A DNA stretch of 37,878 nt from a virus (Duplodnaviria > Caudoviricetes). Under the pieces are notes generated by a model. The model saw nothing but the letters and a program-made list of their open reading frames with translations. It made no database searches and had not been told where the DNA came from. Every line of letters starts with the position of its first letter. Within the stretch, counting starts at the first letter, position 1. Below, piece by piece: positions 9,367-18,389 of the stretch. The translations under genes were made by a program, and so were the position numbers. Location of the stretch: positions 1-37,878 of IMG/VR virus record IMGVR_UViG_3300038673_000494, one strand, 5' to 3'.

Positions 9367-9403
9367 GTTTTTTCCTCCATTTTTTGTTTGTTTGTCAAAG
9401 TGA

Positions 9404-10645
9404 CTATGAGAACAGAGTTAACAGTAACTGTTCCTCTGTTTCAGGTTTTTTGCCCACACGTTCAACCTCAAAAAAGTGCGGACAGTTGTGAGCTATTAGG
9501 TTCTGTTTTCCAACTGTGTATGTGTGGTCGGTTTTGACTTCTAGGTTGTAAACAAAGCCCTTATATTTGTGGATATTGTTATTAATTGTCGGGATTAATT
9601 TATGAAGTGTAAAAAGAATCTTCCTATGAACGAAGTTATACGTCTTTATCAGTCGGGAATGTTTCAACGTGAAATAGCTGAAAAGTTTGGTGTGACTCAG
9701 GGCACTATTTCTATTCGACTTCAAGGTGCTGGGGTTAAGATGCGGTCTAGAACTGAGGCAGATAAACTTGCATGGATGCGAAAGACGCCTAAACAACGAG
9801 AAATGACGTATGAGGCTGCCCATATTGCAGCGCGTAATCGTAAAAGATGTAGAGCCGAAAAGGAACAGCGTGCAATTCTCAATCAAAGTAACCCAAAACT
9901 GTCTAGCATTGAACAGAAATTTCTTGAAGCATTCAAAGATGCAAACATGGTGGTTACGCCACAGTTCGCGCTTAGCATTTACAACATTGATTTTGCTGTT
10001 CCTGAAAGAAAAGTTGCTATTGAAATTGACGGCGGAAACTGGCATAGCTCCAAAACTAAACGGAAACAGGATACTGGAAAAGAGGTGCTGTTGCGGAATA
10101 GGGGATGGAAACTTGTTCGTTTTCAGGTTTATGAGCATAGGCTCAAAATCGTTTCCGATGTTCCCACACATGATTTCGCTGATGTTATTAATGTTGTCTG
10201 CTCTCACCCAACCCTTTTTGGTTAAGAAAGGGTGGTCTGTTGTCGCTACTGAGTCAGCAACAGATTTGACGTTTCCGCTATAGTGTGAAACGTGAACTTG
10301 TGTTACAGGCATATATCTGCCTCGATGAGTTAACACTTTTTCTCCTATTTTGATTTCAGAGATAGGTTTGTGTCCTGTTTCTGTTTTAACTAATGTATCA
10401 GCCAAGAAACAGTGGGGATGGCGGGGCAAATATGGCATGAACATTCCAAGCCTGTACACACGTTCTACATGCTCTCTGCACCATTCGCAGCTAGTCTGTA
10501 TTATTCGGCCGCTTATTTTGAAGTGTGTTACTCCAACTGCTGTGCCGTAGACTTTTACTGCGTTGTTGAAGCTGCCTAGTTTGATGTCTTCTGCGAGTAT
10601 GTGTATGCGGTCTATGATGCCCTGTTCGGTTTCCCAGTAGCTCAT
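9404..10645 (-). CDS. MuF/SPP1 gp7-like minor head protein interrupted by an intein
   Basis: Exteins (78+26 aa) rejoin as CEWC...PYLPRHPH/CPHFF, resembling the CxxC...PxHPxC motif of MuF-type proteins; directly after the portal gene. Confidence 0.75.
   Translation of the reverse strand: MSYWETEQGIIDRIHILAEDIKLGSFNNAVKVYGTAVGVTHFKISGRIIQTSCEWCREHVERVYRLGMFMPYLPRHPHCFLADTLVKTETGHKPISEIKIGEKVLTHRGRYMPVTQVHVSHYSGNVKSVADSVATTDHPFLTKKGWVRADNINNISEIMCGNIGNDFEPMLINLKTNKFPSPIPQQHLFSSILFPFSFGAMPVSAVNFNSNFSFRNSKINVVNAKRELWRNHHVCIFECFKKFLFNARQFWVTLIENCTLFLFGSTSFTITRCNMGSLIRHFSLFRRLSHPCKFICLSSRPHLNPSTLKSNRNSALSHTKLFSYFTLKHSRLIKTYNFVHRKILFTLHKLIPTINNNIHKYKGFVYNLEVKTDHTYTVGKQNLIAHNCPHFFEVERVGKKPETEEQLLLTLFS
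9485..10411 (-). mobile_element. Intein, 309 aa (class 1: Cys1 ... His-Asn / Cys+1)
   Basis: Block A CFLADTLV, ISEIKIGEKVLTHRG, block B TTDHPF, block F VYNLEVKTDHTY, block G IAHN followed by Cys. Confidence 0.92.
9602..10225 (+). CDS. HTH + DUF559/Vsr-like endonuclease encoded antisense inside the intein
   Basis: N-terminal HTH (LYQSGMFQREIAEKFGVTQGTISIRL); nuclease motifs SSIEQKF, PQF, IDFA, KVAIEIDGGNWH, QD..KE..L...GWKLVRF. Confidence 0.88.
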   Translation: MKCKKNLPMNEVIRLYQSGMFQREIAEKFGVTQGTISIRLQGAGVKMRSRTEADKLAWMRKTPKQREMTYEAAHIAARNRKRCRAEKEQRAILNQSNPKLSSIEQKFLEAFKDANMVVTPQFALSIYNIDFAVPERKVAIEIDGGNWHSSKTKRKQDTGKEVLLRNRGWKLVRFQVYEHRLKIVSDVPTHDFADVINVVCSHPTLFG

Positions 10646-12372
10646 GGGGTTTCACTTTGTTTCTTTTTGTAATGTTTTTCTGCGGCTTCTAGGATTGTGA
10701 AGTAGTTTTTGAGGTAACGCTGTTTTTGTGTGTCTAGTTCTTCAATCATTTCTTGGGTTAAAACTGGTTCGCCTTCAAACTTGGTTCTTGTCCGTATCCA
10801 GTTTTTGGCTTGTTCAGACTCAAACTTGTTGTAGTTCTCGATTATGACTGCGCCCTCTTCCATTGCTTTCTGTTTTGTGATTTCACCCTTCATCACTTTT
10901 TGGGCGTAGTCTGTTAATATAGCATCGAAGCTTTGTCGGGGTTGTGGGTGTGGCGGAGAGTTTGTTTCTGGTAGTTGGTCGCCGAACCCGAAGGGGGTTT
11001 GTTGGGGTGTAGCTGTTTTCAGTTTAGCACCTTCTCCATTAGGCAACGGTTTAAGTTTGGTTTTGTCTCTTACCTCATCGATTGTCATGTATTCTAGGCG
11101 TGCAGTGTTAGCTTGCTCAACCATAACGTCAATTCTTGCTTCGTCAAGTGCGTTGAGTTCGAATGCGCTAACCCATTCAATCACATAATCTACAGGATTT
11201 GCGGGTTGAGCATCTTTCACGATGACTTTTTGCAACATACGTTTTAGTATTGAACCTGCGGGTTTTGGTTCATCAGCTAAGGTTTTAACTCCTGAAACTA
11301 ACCCAGCATCCATGCAAGCATCAATTACCCAGCGGATTGGTTCTTCGTAGTCTGTTTGCCATCCGCTAATCTTTTTGTAGTATTGTTGATTGTTTAGTTC
11401 TGAACCAGTAAGTGCGCCTGCTTCAGCACCTTCCAGAATAGATTTGGGTATTCCCGTGGCTTTTGCTATCTGTTTGGTGTTTGTGTCAAAGAAGGGTTCA
11501 GGGTTCAATGTTGCGCCTTGTGTGCCTCTGAAGTCGAAATCCATGACATCTTTTATGATGCAGATGTAGTTGCGGTGTGTGATGTCGCTCCATTCTTTGC
11601 TGTTTGCCCAGGACTGTAACTGTTCCCGTGTGGTTGGTACTCCGTTGGTTTCTTTTGGGAACTGTATAACAGCGAATCCGCCGCCTGTTCTAAATATCCA
11701 CTGTGCTACGCCCCATCGTATGTTGCGTCCACAGGTGAGGTCGTCCCAGATTAGTTCTAGGATGCTTGCGCCGTTTGTTCGTGTTTGGCACTCAAAACAT
11801 CTGCTCCAATGAATTGTAAAGGTTTTTCCGCCGAATGCGTTTACTGTGTAGAATTGGGGGTAACCAAACCTGAGGCTTGATGGGTCTGTGTCATAACTTA
11901 AGATACTATATTTGTGTAGTGGATACGCAACTAATTGTTTAGGTTCTGCGCCTCTTCGTCTTTCCTTCTTTAGTGCAGCCATGTCCTGTGCGTCGTCAAA
12001 TCCTCCAACAAGCAACGCTTTGCCGTACAATCGCTCATATTCGATGAGTTGACGAAGAGTCTTCTTGAAGTTGAGGGCTTGAAGGGCTTTTTGAACTTGA
12101 GCATCAAAGTCGGGGTCTTTGCCTTCTGTTTCGGTTTTGTTGACCGTAAACCATTTTTCTGTTATGTCTGCGGCTATGCCATAGATTAGGAATCCTGCTA
12201 CGGGTTCGCGGGTTGATGCAAACTCTAGGTCTTGGGGGGTTATTGGGTCTCCGAATCCTGCGCCGAGGCTTGTGTCTGTTTGTGGAATGCGTATGCTTCC
12301 AGACTCTTCACTGTCTGCTAGGGGGTACACTACGATTCCGTCTTTTGTGAATGTTACTGGTTTTTCGCTCAT
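10642..12372 (-). CDS. Portal protein (DUF1073-like)
   Basis: 576 aa directly after terminase; ERLYGKA, IHWSR, IAKATGIPKSILEG, MTIDEVR...LKPLPNG motifs. Confidence 0.85.
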   Translation of the reverse strand: MSEKPVTFTKDGIVVYPLADSEESGSIRIPQTDTSLGAGFGDPITPQDLEFASTREPVAGFLIYGIAADITEKWFTVNKTETEGKDPDFDAQVQKALQALNFKKTLRQLIEYERLYGKALLVGGFDDAQDMAALKKERRRGAEPKQLVAYPLHKYSILSYDTDPSSLRFGYPQFYTVNAFGGKTFTIHWSRCFECQTRTNGASILELIWDDLTCGRNIRWGVAQWIFRTGGGFAVIQFPKETNGVPTTREQLQSWANSKEWSDITHRNYICIIKDVMDFDFRGTQGATLNPEPFFDTNTKQIAKATGIPKSILEGAEAGALTGSELNNQQYYKKISGWQTDYEEPIRWVIDACMDAGLVSGVKTLADEPKPAGSILKRMLQKVIVKDAQPANPVDYVIEWVSAFELNALDEARIDVMVEQANTARLEYMTIDEVRDKTKLKPLPNGEGAKLKTATPQQTPFGFGDQLPETNSPPHPQPRQSFDAILTDYAQKVMKGEITKQKAMEEGAVIIENYNKFESEQAKNWIRTRTKFEGEPVLTQEMIEELDTQKQRYLKNYFTILEAAEKHYKKKQSETP

Positions 12373-12373
12373 T

Positions 12374-13669
12374 TTACATCATAACCCATGCTGGGGCTAG
12401 GTTTGTTGGTTGTGAGACGCAGAGCATTAGGCTGTCGCTGTAGTCTGGGCTTTTCTGTTCTGGGTCTATTATCTTGATTTTTCCTGCGGTTGTGAATTCG
12501 TAGCGCATGAGGCTGAGTTCCCGCATTAGTTTATCGTGTTTATTGAGACTTATCAGTCCCTGCTCAAAGAGGGTTCTTAGACGCCAATAGTTCTGCGCCT
12601 TCAAATTCAGGTAACGTTCACAGTCACGGGTTGCAGCGTTGCTGACACGTATCGATACTGCCTTGTACCCAAGTTCTGCTAATCTGCTGTGGACTCCCGC
12701 GCCGATGCCTATGCTGTCTATGTTCAGTTGCTCATTTTTGGGTACAATCCCCGCTACGTGGTTTGCTACACCCATCGTCGTGTTTTCTTTGATTACCCTT
12801 GTTTCCAAGTGTCGGTATCGGATGTTGTCGGTTTCACATTTTGTTAAGATTGTTAAGTCTGTTCCCTGTTCCGCTACATCAAGTCCCCACACGGTGTGAA
12901 CGTTTTCTAGTTGAAGCTGCCGAGTTGTTGCGTCCTGTATCCAACTCCACCTGATTAACACGTCTTCGGCGTCTTCAGCAAAAACGCTGTCGTATAAAAC
13001 CTCAAACTCGTATTGGCTAAGTTCTGCCCGTTGCTGAGTTATGAAGGTTTCAGTTGTTCTGCCTTCAGATAGCGCCTGCCGCCAGTCTACATGTATTTTT
13101 TTGAAGTCGCCGCTTTGCCAGTGGCGGTACGCAAAATTGTTTCGATGCCATGGGTTAACCATTTCAACAAGTTTGCTGTCTGGGTTATCTCCGAGCATAC
13201 GACTGATTCTGCTAGTGTAAACCTCATCCGCAATTAACGCGGCTTCATCAACCACAATTATGTCTGCACCGAAACCCATCAACTGTTCACCTGTACCATG
13301 GGCGGTTAAGGTGATTATTTCGCAGCCATTCTTGAATGTGACACGTCTTTTGCTGACTTCCCGCTTCAGTGCGGATTGGTCACGGGTTAACGCTGAATCT
13401 ACCAAGTTATAGAGTTGGGGTGTATCGGCGATGTGTTCTGCGATGTAGTTTCTGATTATGCTTGTTTGGTTTCGTGTTGGTGCTATGAACGCGATTTTTG
13501 TGTTTGGGTGAACCATGATGTAGAGAAGACATGCGATTGCTACTGCACGTGTTTTGCCGTATCGGGTCATGGCGCAGACGCTTAGACGGGGTGTATCTGG
13601 GTCTAGGACTGAACCTACTATTTTGAGTTGTCCATGTGTTAGGTGGTAACCAAAGATTTCAGCTTCCAT
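12374..13669 (-). CDS. terL: Terminase large subunit
   Basis: Walker A-like TRYGKT, Walker B IIVVDEAA, NP coupling motif, RNase H nuclease GLDVA...D and SPDYSDSL. Confidence 0.92.
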   Translation of the reverse strand: MEAEIFGYHLTHGQLKIVGSVLDPDTPRLSVCAMTRYGKTRAVAIACLLYIMVHPNTKIAFIAPTRNQTSIIRNYIAEHIADTPQLYNLVDSALTRDQSALKREVSKRRVTFKNGCEIITLTAHGTGEQLMGFGADIIVVDEAALIADEVYTSRISRMLGDNPDSKLVEMVNPWHRNNFAYRHWQSGDFKKIHVDWRQALSEGRTTETFITQQRAELSQYEFEVLYDSVFAEDAEDVLIRWSWIQDATTRQLQLENVHTVWGLDVAEQGTDLTILTKCETDNIRYRHLETRVIKENTTMGVANHVAGIVPKNEQLNIDSIGIGAGVHSRLAELGYKAVSIRVSNAATRDCERYLNLKAQNYWRLRTLFEQGLISLNKHDKLMRELSLMRYEFTTAGKIKIIDPEQKSPDYSDSLMLCVSQPTNLAPAWVMM

Positions 13670-14051
13670 TTTTTTGGTCTTCTTGTTTGCTGAATACTAT
13701 CAATTTTTGGATGTTGCTGTCTAACCCTGTGATGTTGAGGTTTGTGTCTGATTTAATTTCAGCGCGGGCGACTTCTCCAGATAACGCAATTTTGATTAAC
13801 GCTTTTTCTGATAACAGTTTGTTTTTGACTTTCTCTGTTAACTCTTCTATGCAATATGATTTCAGGATTTCCAGTTCAGGAGTTTTAATGTCTGCTAGTT
13901 CTTCTGCAATCTCATTAAGTAATCGTCTTGCCCGTCTATCTGGGATGTCAAATTCTTTCATGAATTGTTGTCGGTCAAATGTTCGTATTGCAAGCCGTTG
14001 TTTCATTAGGGTTTTTAGAAATTTTCGGGTCAATTTGGGCGGCTTGGACAT
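13659..14051 (-). CDS. Probable terminase small subunit
   Basis: Basic helical 130-aa ORF overlapping the terL start. Confidence 0.5.
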   Translation of the reverse strand: MSKPPKLTRKFLKTLMKQRLAIRTFDRQQFMKEFDIPDRRARRLLNEIAEELADIKTPELEILKSYCIEELTEKVKNKLLSEKALIKIALSGEVARAEIKSDTNLNITGLDSNIQKLIVFSKQEDQKNGS

Positions 14052-14070
14052 TTATTAACACTCGGTGATA

Positions 14071-14268
14071 TTAGAGTTGTTTTCCGCAGTGTGGACAATA
14101 TTCCGGGATTAGTTGTGTTCCACAGGTTGGACAGAAATTGTATTCTGGAATAACCAAACAGTTGCAGACTGGACAGGTTGAAATGTCTTCGTGGATGTCC
14201 CTGGTTATGGTTACGTTACAAGGTATCGGTTTTCCGTTTACGGTAAATATGCTTTCGAATTTGTTCAT
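14071..14268 (-). CDS. Zinc-ribbon protein
   Basis: Three CxxC motifs (CPVC, CPTC, CPHC). Confidence 0.6.
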   Translation of the reverse strand: MNKFESIFTVNGKPIPCNVTITRDIHEDISTCPVCNCLVIPEYNFCPTCGTQLIPEYCPHCGKQL

Positions 14269-14546
14269 TGGAGTGCCCCGTTTCCTTTTGTGTCTATTAA
14301 GACGACTCCGATGTCCACGTTTTCTAGGAAAGGTTTTTTCATTTGTTCTTCTAGGGTGTTGTATGTTGTTTCTCCAAAGTGTTGTATGCCGTATTGTTCT
14401 AGGGCGGTGTGTGTTGTTTTTGATACTGTTTCGTTGATGGTTTTGTCGTGGTAGCTTTCGGTGAATAGTTTGGTTTTAAGGAAATATGTAATCTGTTTCT
14501 TTGTAGCTTTTTCTTCCCTTTTTTGTTTACTACGTTTGTGTGCCAT
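14265..14546 (-). CDS. Hypothetical protein
   Basis: ATG start; stop overlaps the next start (ATGA). Confidence 0.5.
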   Translation of the reverse strand: MAHKRSKQKREEKATKKQITYFLKTKLFTESYHDKTINETVSKTTHTALEQYGIQHFGETTYNTLEEQMKKPFLENVDIGVVLIDTKGNGALQ

Positions 14547-14736
14547 TAAACATTCAACTCTCGGTATTCAAGTGAACGTTTTCCGCGTCTACTTATCTTT
14601 TTTGCCTCCAAGATGTGAAAGTCTAGTTTGGTTCACTCTACGGCGAACCTTGGAAGTTTAAAGCATTGCCTTAAACTCTATCTATGTATATCTTACGATA
14701 TGTCAGAGTTAACATTTTACCTATAACAGGTGCATG

Positions 14737-14745
14737 TATATAAAA
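14737..14745 (-). promoter_or_regulatory. Candidate TATA box for the packaging/morphogenesis operon
   Basis: TTTTATATA on the minus strand in the only long non-coding gap upstream of the terminase genes. Confidence 0.45.
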
Positions 14746-14823
14746 TATGCTGTGGTGGGTTAGCTGAACAGAAACCATATGAGGAGATAGACACGTTTCT
14801 GGGGCGGAGTTTCAGCTAACCAT

Positions 14824-15051
14824 TCACCGCAACATTGTTTCTTCTAAGACTGCAAGGTTTGAGATGCAGGGAAGCGATACTCTGGATTCCCAGAACCAGT
14901 ATATTCTATGTGATAGCACCCAACTAAGCAACATACAAAACCGTGGATTCAGGTGCAGCAGGTTATAGTCTAAAACCACGCAGACCGCACACTCCAGCTC
15001 GTAGACACAAACATAGAACAGCCGCAGCAACCAAGCAAAAACAGTCATCAC
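14824..15051 (-). CDS. Hypothetical hydrophobic protein
   Basis: Overlaps the upstream stop codon. Confidence 0.35.
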   Translation of the reverse strand: MMTVFAWLLRLFYVCVYELECAVCVVLDYNLLHLNPRFCMLLSWVLSHRIYWFWESRVSLPCISNLAVLEETMLR

Positions 15052-15392
15052 TCTTTCGCCTCAACAAACAACGTTTTTTCTCCGTTTGACCATGATATTG
15101 TTCTAAAATTCATACGCCACTTTATTCTCAGTTTTTCGTCAGCTCGATTGCAGAAACAATCATAACACCAAACACCATCTTCTGAACCAATAACCGACAT
15201 CCACAACTCGTCAGGAACAATAAAATCATGAACATTCCGTCCACAATCTCTACACCGCGCACAATCTTCTATTAACGGGTATGTTTTTAACAAGTGACGG
15301 TTTATCCATCGGATAGTGTTCCAAAATACCTTTTTCTTGAAATTCCACCAATAAACATTTAACATTTTTTTCAAGTAAGATAATTCTGTCAT
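15048..15392 (-). CDS. Zn-binding hypothetical protein
   Basis: CRDC, CYDC and FIVPDELW motifs; GGAG RBS. Confidence 0.55.
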   Translation of the reverse strand: MTELSYLKKMLNVYWWNFKKKVFWNTIRWINRHLLKTYPLIEDCARCRDCGRNVHDFIVPDELWMSVIGSEDGVWCYDCFCNRADEKLRIKWRMNFRTISWSNGEKTLFVEAKE

Positions 15393-15543
15393 GTTGTTTT
15401 CTCCTTTTCCCAGTTCAAACGCATTTCGTGAAGTTTAGCGTGCCTTTCTTCAACTGAACCGTGCCAAGAATAGTCACCCATTAACCTAACCCTATCTTCT
15501 GGAGTTAATTCGTTCTCCCACCACGAAATTTCATGTACCATCA

Positions 15544-16113
15544 TTATTTCTCCTCTCTCACTTTCGGGCTAACAATCATTAAAGGAACTTGAATTTGTGA
15601 CTCTACTTGATTTCCCCAAGCGTCAAAACCAATATGGTGCTTTCGAGCAAAAATATCTATACGCGGAGCATTTGTATGCTCTCTAAGTAAACCATAAATT
15701 TTTTCAGGTTTTTGAGAGTGTTTTTTGTTTTTCTCAGTAAATAATGCACATAAAGGTTTTTTGTAATCAAGTCCATTTTTACCACGATACGCATATAGAA
15801 GAAATTCTACAGTAGCATGTATTCCATTATGGCATAATCCACTAATTTTGTTCCACACAAGTATATTTGCATAATGAAAATTCCACGCCTCAATAACATG
15901 AAACGCTGTGTGTAGTTTAGCTTTAGTTGTCCACAAAAACAAATCACATTGTTCATCTGCAAAATTATCTATTGGAAAGTCCATTATTTCTCTATCAGTC
16001 ATTGTGTTATAAGGTAATTCAGGATTGCTTTTTTGGTATTTTCGAGTAAGTTTAGGATTAAATTTATTCAGTTTCCACGGAGGGTCAACAACAATAGTTC
16101 TATACTTCGTCAT
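15544..16113 (-). CDS. MT-A70 family adenine methyltransferase
   Basis: VDPPW catalytic motif, LFLWTT, HSQKPE, RIDIFARK, WGNQ. Confidence 0.9.
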   Translation of the reverse strand: MTKYRTIVVDPPWKLNKFNPKLTRKYQKSNPELPYNTMTDREIMDFPIDNFADEQCDLFLWTTKAKLHTAFHVIEAWNFHYANILVWNKISGLCHNGIHATVEFLLYAYRGKNGLDYKKPLCALFTEKNKKHSQKPEKIYGLLREHTNAPRIDIFARKHHIGFDAWGNQVESQIQVPLMIVSPKVREEK

Positions 16114-16310
16114 ATCTCTTTCCCACTAAGAGACTTCCAGTGTCCATTTCTTGAATCAAAATCTTTTAGGATTTTTTTAAGTTTAGATAAATCCTCTGAG
16201 TGTAAAGTAGTGATACTATATTCTTCGCTTTCAGGTAAGATTTTTAATCTTGCGGAACCGTCTGAAATTAACATATCTTTTTTGAATTTTTTAATTGGTC
16301 TTTCACTCAT
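16110..16310 (-). CDS. Hypothetical protein between the two methyltransferases
   Basis: Overlapping start/stop junctions on both sides. Confidence 0.5.
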   Translation of the reverse strand: MSERPIKKFKKDMLISDGSARLKILPESEEYSITTLHSEDLSKLKKILKDFDSRNGHWKSLSGKEI

Positions 16311-16911
16311 TTCTTACTTTCCCACCAAAAGTTTTTTGATAAATGAAAACAGTTCTCACTCGATGGTTTGTGCTGCGGATTAAACCGATGGTTCCAACAA
16401 GCTTCAATTTATCCTTACGATACATCGGATAGGCTTGGTCAAGCCAAACAATAAAACCGCCTTTTCTCAGAATCTTCAAGCACTCTTTAACTACCTTGTT
16501 TCGGTTAACCATTGGAGTACCATACTTTGTTGCATCTTCGTTTGAATAGGGCGGGTCAGCAAAAACGACATCAAACTCTTCTTCTGGAAAATAACGGGAT
16601 AACTGTTCAGCATCACCTACAACATCAGGGTTCATTTCAGGTCTTTTATCGAACCTAACCGCACCGTCAACATCCTCTGAATCCAAACTTCCTGAAAAAA
16701 GATGAAGTGTTGTCTTTCTATCAGGAAACAGGGCATTAACTCTTTGCAGGTATGAATGAGGATAAGCACCATAGTAAGCTGTTTTGTTTCGGTAACAGTT
16801 GCCAATCATCCACATACCAACAACAAAGTTTCCTTGAAGATGAAGCTGAGAAGCAGGATACTTGACACCTAAAGTTTGATTGTAGTTATCCACTCTTTCT
16901 TGTAGATTCAT
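16303..16911 (-). CDS. DNA amino-methyltransferase (N6A/N4C)
   Basis: SAM-binding LHLFSG and catalytic ADPPY; probable start MNLQERV after AGGTGA. Confidence 0.8.
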   Translation of the reverse strand: MNLQERVDNYNQTLGVKYPASQLHLQGNFVVGMWMIGNCYRNKTAYYGAYPHSYLQRVNALFPDRKTTLHLFSGSLDSEDVDGAVRFDKRPEMNPDVVGDAEQLSRYFPEEEFDVVFADPPYSNEDATKYGTPMVNRNKVVKECLKILRKGGFIVWLDQAYPMYRKDKLKLVGTIGLIRSTNHRVRTVFIYQKTFGGKVRNE

Positions 16912-17228
16912 GTTGTCACCTTGCACAATTTTTTGATGATACGATGCCATGCTTCCCTCATCTTTTCTTAACCGCCTCTCGCATCTTGGCGTTACTGTAA
17001 GGCGCACAAAACCCAAACTCAGACGTAACAGGACGTTTACGTGGACAAGGATTAACAGAACAATCCTTATGTATGCACCTATCTTTTGTCTGAAAACTCA
17101 TTTTTCATGCCATCCACACGTATTGCAGAACTCTTTGTAACTGAAAATGTGTTCGGGGTTTCGGATAACCTCCAAATCTGAACTTCCACAGGTAGGACAT
17201 TTGCGTTTTGTTGTTTCTGAACTCATAT

Positions 17229-17429
17229 TCATGGTAAATAATGCCTCGTTAATCCATTCTGGGTTTTTGTGCAATAATTCAAAGGATAGTAAGGGTTAGC
17301 ATTGTATTGGTCTTTACAGTCAGTTGTCATATGTTTAAAACATTCATCAAAAGACTTTTTGGAGCCTTTGAAAACTTTGTTACAGTAAGGACATCTAAAC
17401 TCATAATTAATTGTTATTTCTGAAGTCAT
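17229..17429 (-). CDS. C2H2-like zinc finger protein
   Basis: FRCPYCNKVF...CFKHM. Confidence 0.55.
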   Translation of the reverse strand: MTSEITINYEFRCPYCNKVFKGSKKSFDECFKHMTTDCKDQYNANPYYPLNYCTKTQNGLTRHYLP

Positions 17430-17608
17430 ACCGTCACCGACTCACACTTTAAACAGAAAAAGGAATCTTCATGCTTCTCTTGGATTGTGATTTCTTGGCA
17501 GTGTTCACATTGACGGATAACTTGATTAGAGTTCTTGGCGATTTTACGCTGAAGTTTGGCGTATTGGCGCATGTATGCTTTCTGCTTCTCCCTGTCAGCG
17601 TATGGCAA
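17426..17608 (-). CDS. Small basic protein with zinc ribbon
   Basis: MPYADREKQKAYMRQY N-terminus; CEHC and CLKC. Confidence 0.55.
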   Translation of the reverse strand: MPYADREKQKAYMRQYAKLQRKIAKNSNQVIRQCEHCQEITIQEKHEDSFFCLKCESVTV

Positions 17609-17610
17609 CC

Positions 17611-17817
17611 TTAAGGTCTCCAGTGTAAATGGCTGAACTCAGGGAATAACTGTCTTGCTTCTGTTTCAGAGATTTTGTCACCATATCGCCTAACTTGCTC
17701 TACTCCATCACTTTTATTACCCACATAACAAGCCCAATCTCCTACGTTTCCTTCAACAGCAACATATAGATTTGCGTAATGTGCTCGTGAGAGAATTAAT
17801 TTTTGTTTTTCACACAT
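17611..17817 (-). CDS. Hypothetical protein
   Basis: First gene after a TATA box and AAGGAG; DWACYVG...GDKISE.EA..LFP motif. Confidence 0.6.
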   Translation of the reverse strand: MCEKQKLILSRAHYANLYVAVEGNVGDWACYVGNKSDGVEQVRRYGDKISETEARQLFPEFSHLHWRP

Positions 17818-17829
17818 TTCTTTTTAACT

Positions 17830-17864
17830 CCTTATGGTTTACTATACTCATAAGTTATATTTAA
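17830..17864 (-). promoter_or_regulatory. Archaeal-type promoter
   Basis: TTAAATA, 15 nt, GTAAACCATAAGG, then RBS. Confidence 0.55.
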
Positions 17865-17898
17865 GGTTTACTAAACCGCCTGTGTTTTATTTGAGAAG

Positions 17899-18174
17899 TC
17901 ATTTTTCTAAATCCCTCAAAAAATCACTAATTGCTTCGTCTTTGCAGAGTTCAGAAAGTGAAAAATCATTCTCATCTTTGTTCGCCCAGTCTAGCCGAAA
18001 CTGTTTAAGATACTCGATGAATCCTTGTTTCATATAGTGAATTAGTCCAGATGTAACATCAACTCCCATTGAGTCAGTAATAGTAAGACCGCACATTTTC
18101 TCGGGTTCAGTAATAATATGCTTTAGGATTTCTTCTATTGATTTGTGTTTTACTTCAGGAACAGACATTACCAT
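17899..18174 (-). CDS. Hypothetical protein
   Basis: Member of the packed minus-strand small-ORF array. Confidence 0.5.
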   Translation of the reverse strand: MVMSVPEVKHKSIEEILKHIITEPEKMCGLTITDSMGVDVTSGLIHYMKQGFIEYLKQFRLDWANKDENDFSLSELCKDEAISDFLRDLEK

Positions 18175-18389
18175 TCATCTTCTCTAATTTTATTGGCACA
18201 ATCCTCACAGATAGGCTCTCCAACTTGTGAGTCAGATAACAAATCGCACCGACTTCCTTGAAACACTATTTTTTCATCAGGTAAGTCTTTGACAGTTTCG
18301 TAATCTCGTATGTGAAGTCCATAAACTTCTTTCATCTTTCCACAATGGGAGCAAATCTTTTTTGGTATTTCTTTTTTAGGAACTGTCAA
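18168..18389 (-). CDS. Zinc-finger hypothetical protein
   Basis: CSHC...CEDC. Confidence 0.5.
   Translation of the reverse strand: MTVPKKEIPKKICSHCGKMKEVYGLHIRDYETVKDLPDEKIVFQGSRCDLLSDSQVGEPICEDCANKIREDEW

Noticed and set aside
9810-10283. Third open frame (157 aa, plus strand) inside the intein
   Set aside because: No recognisable motifs; overlaps two better-supported ORFs
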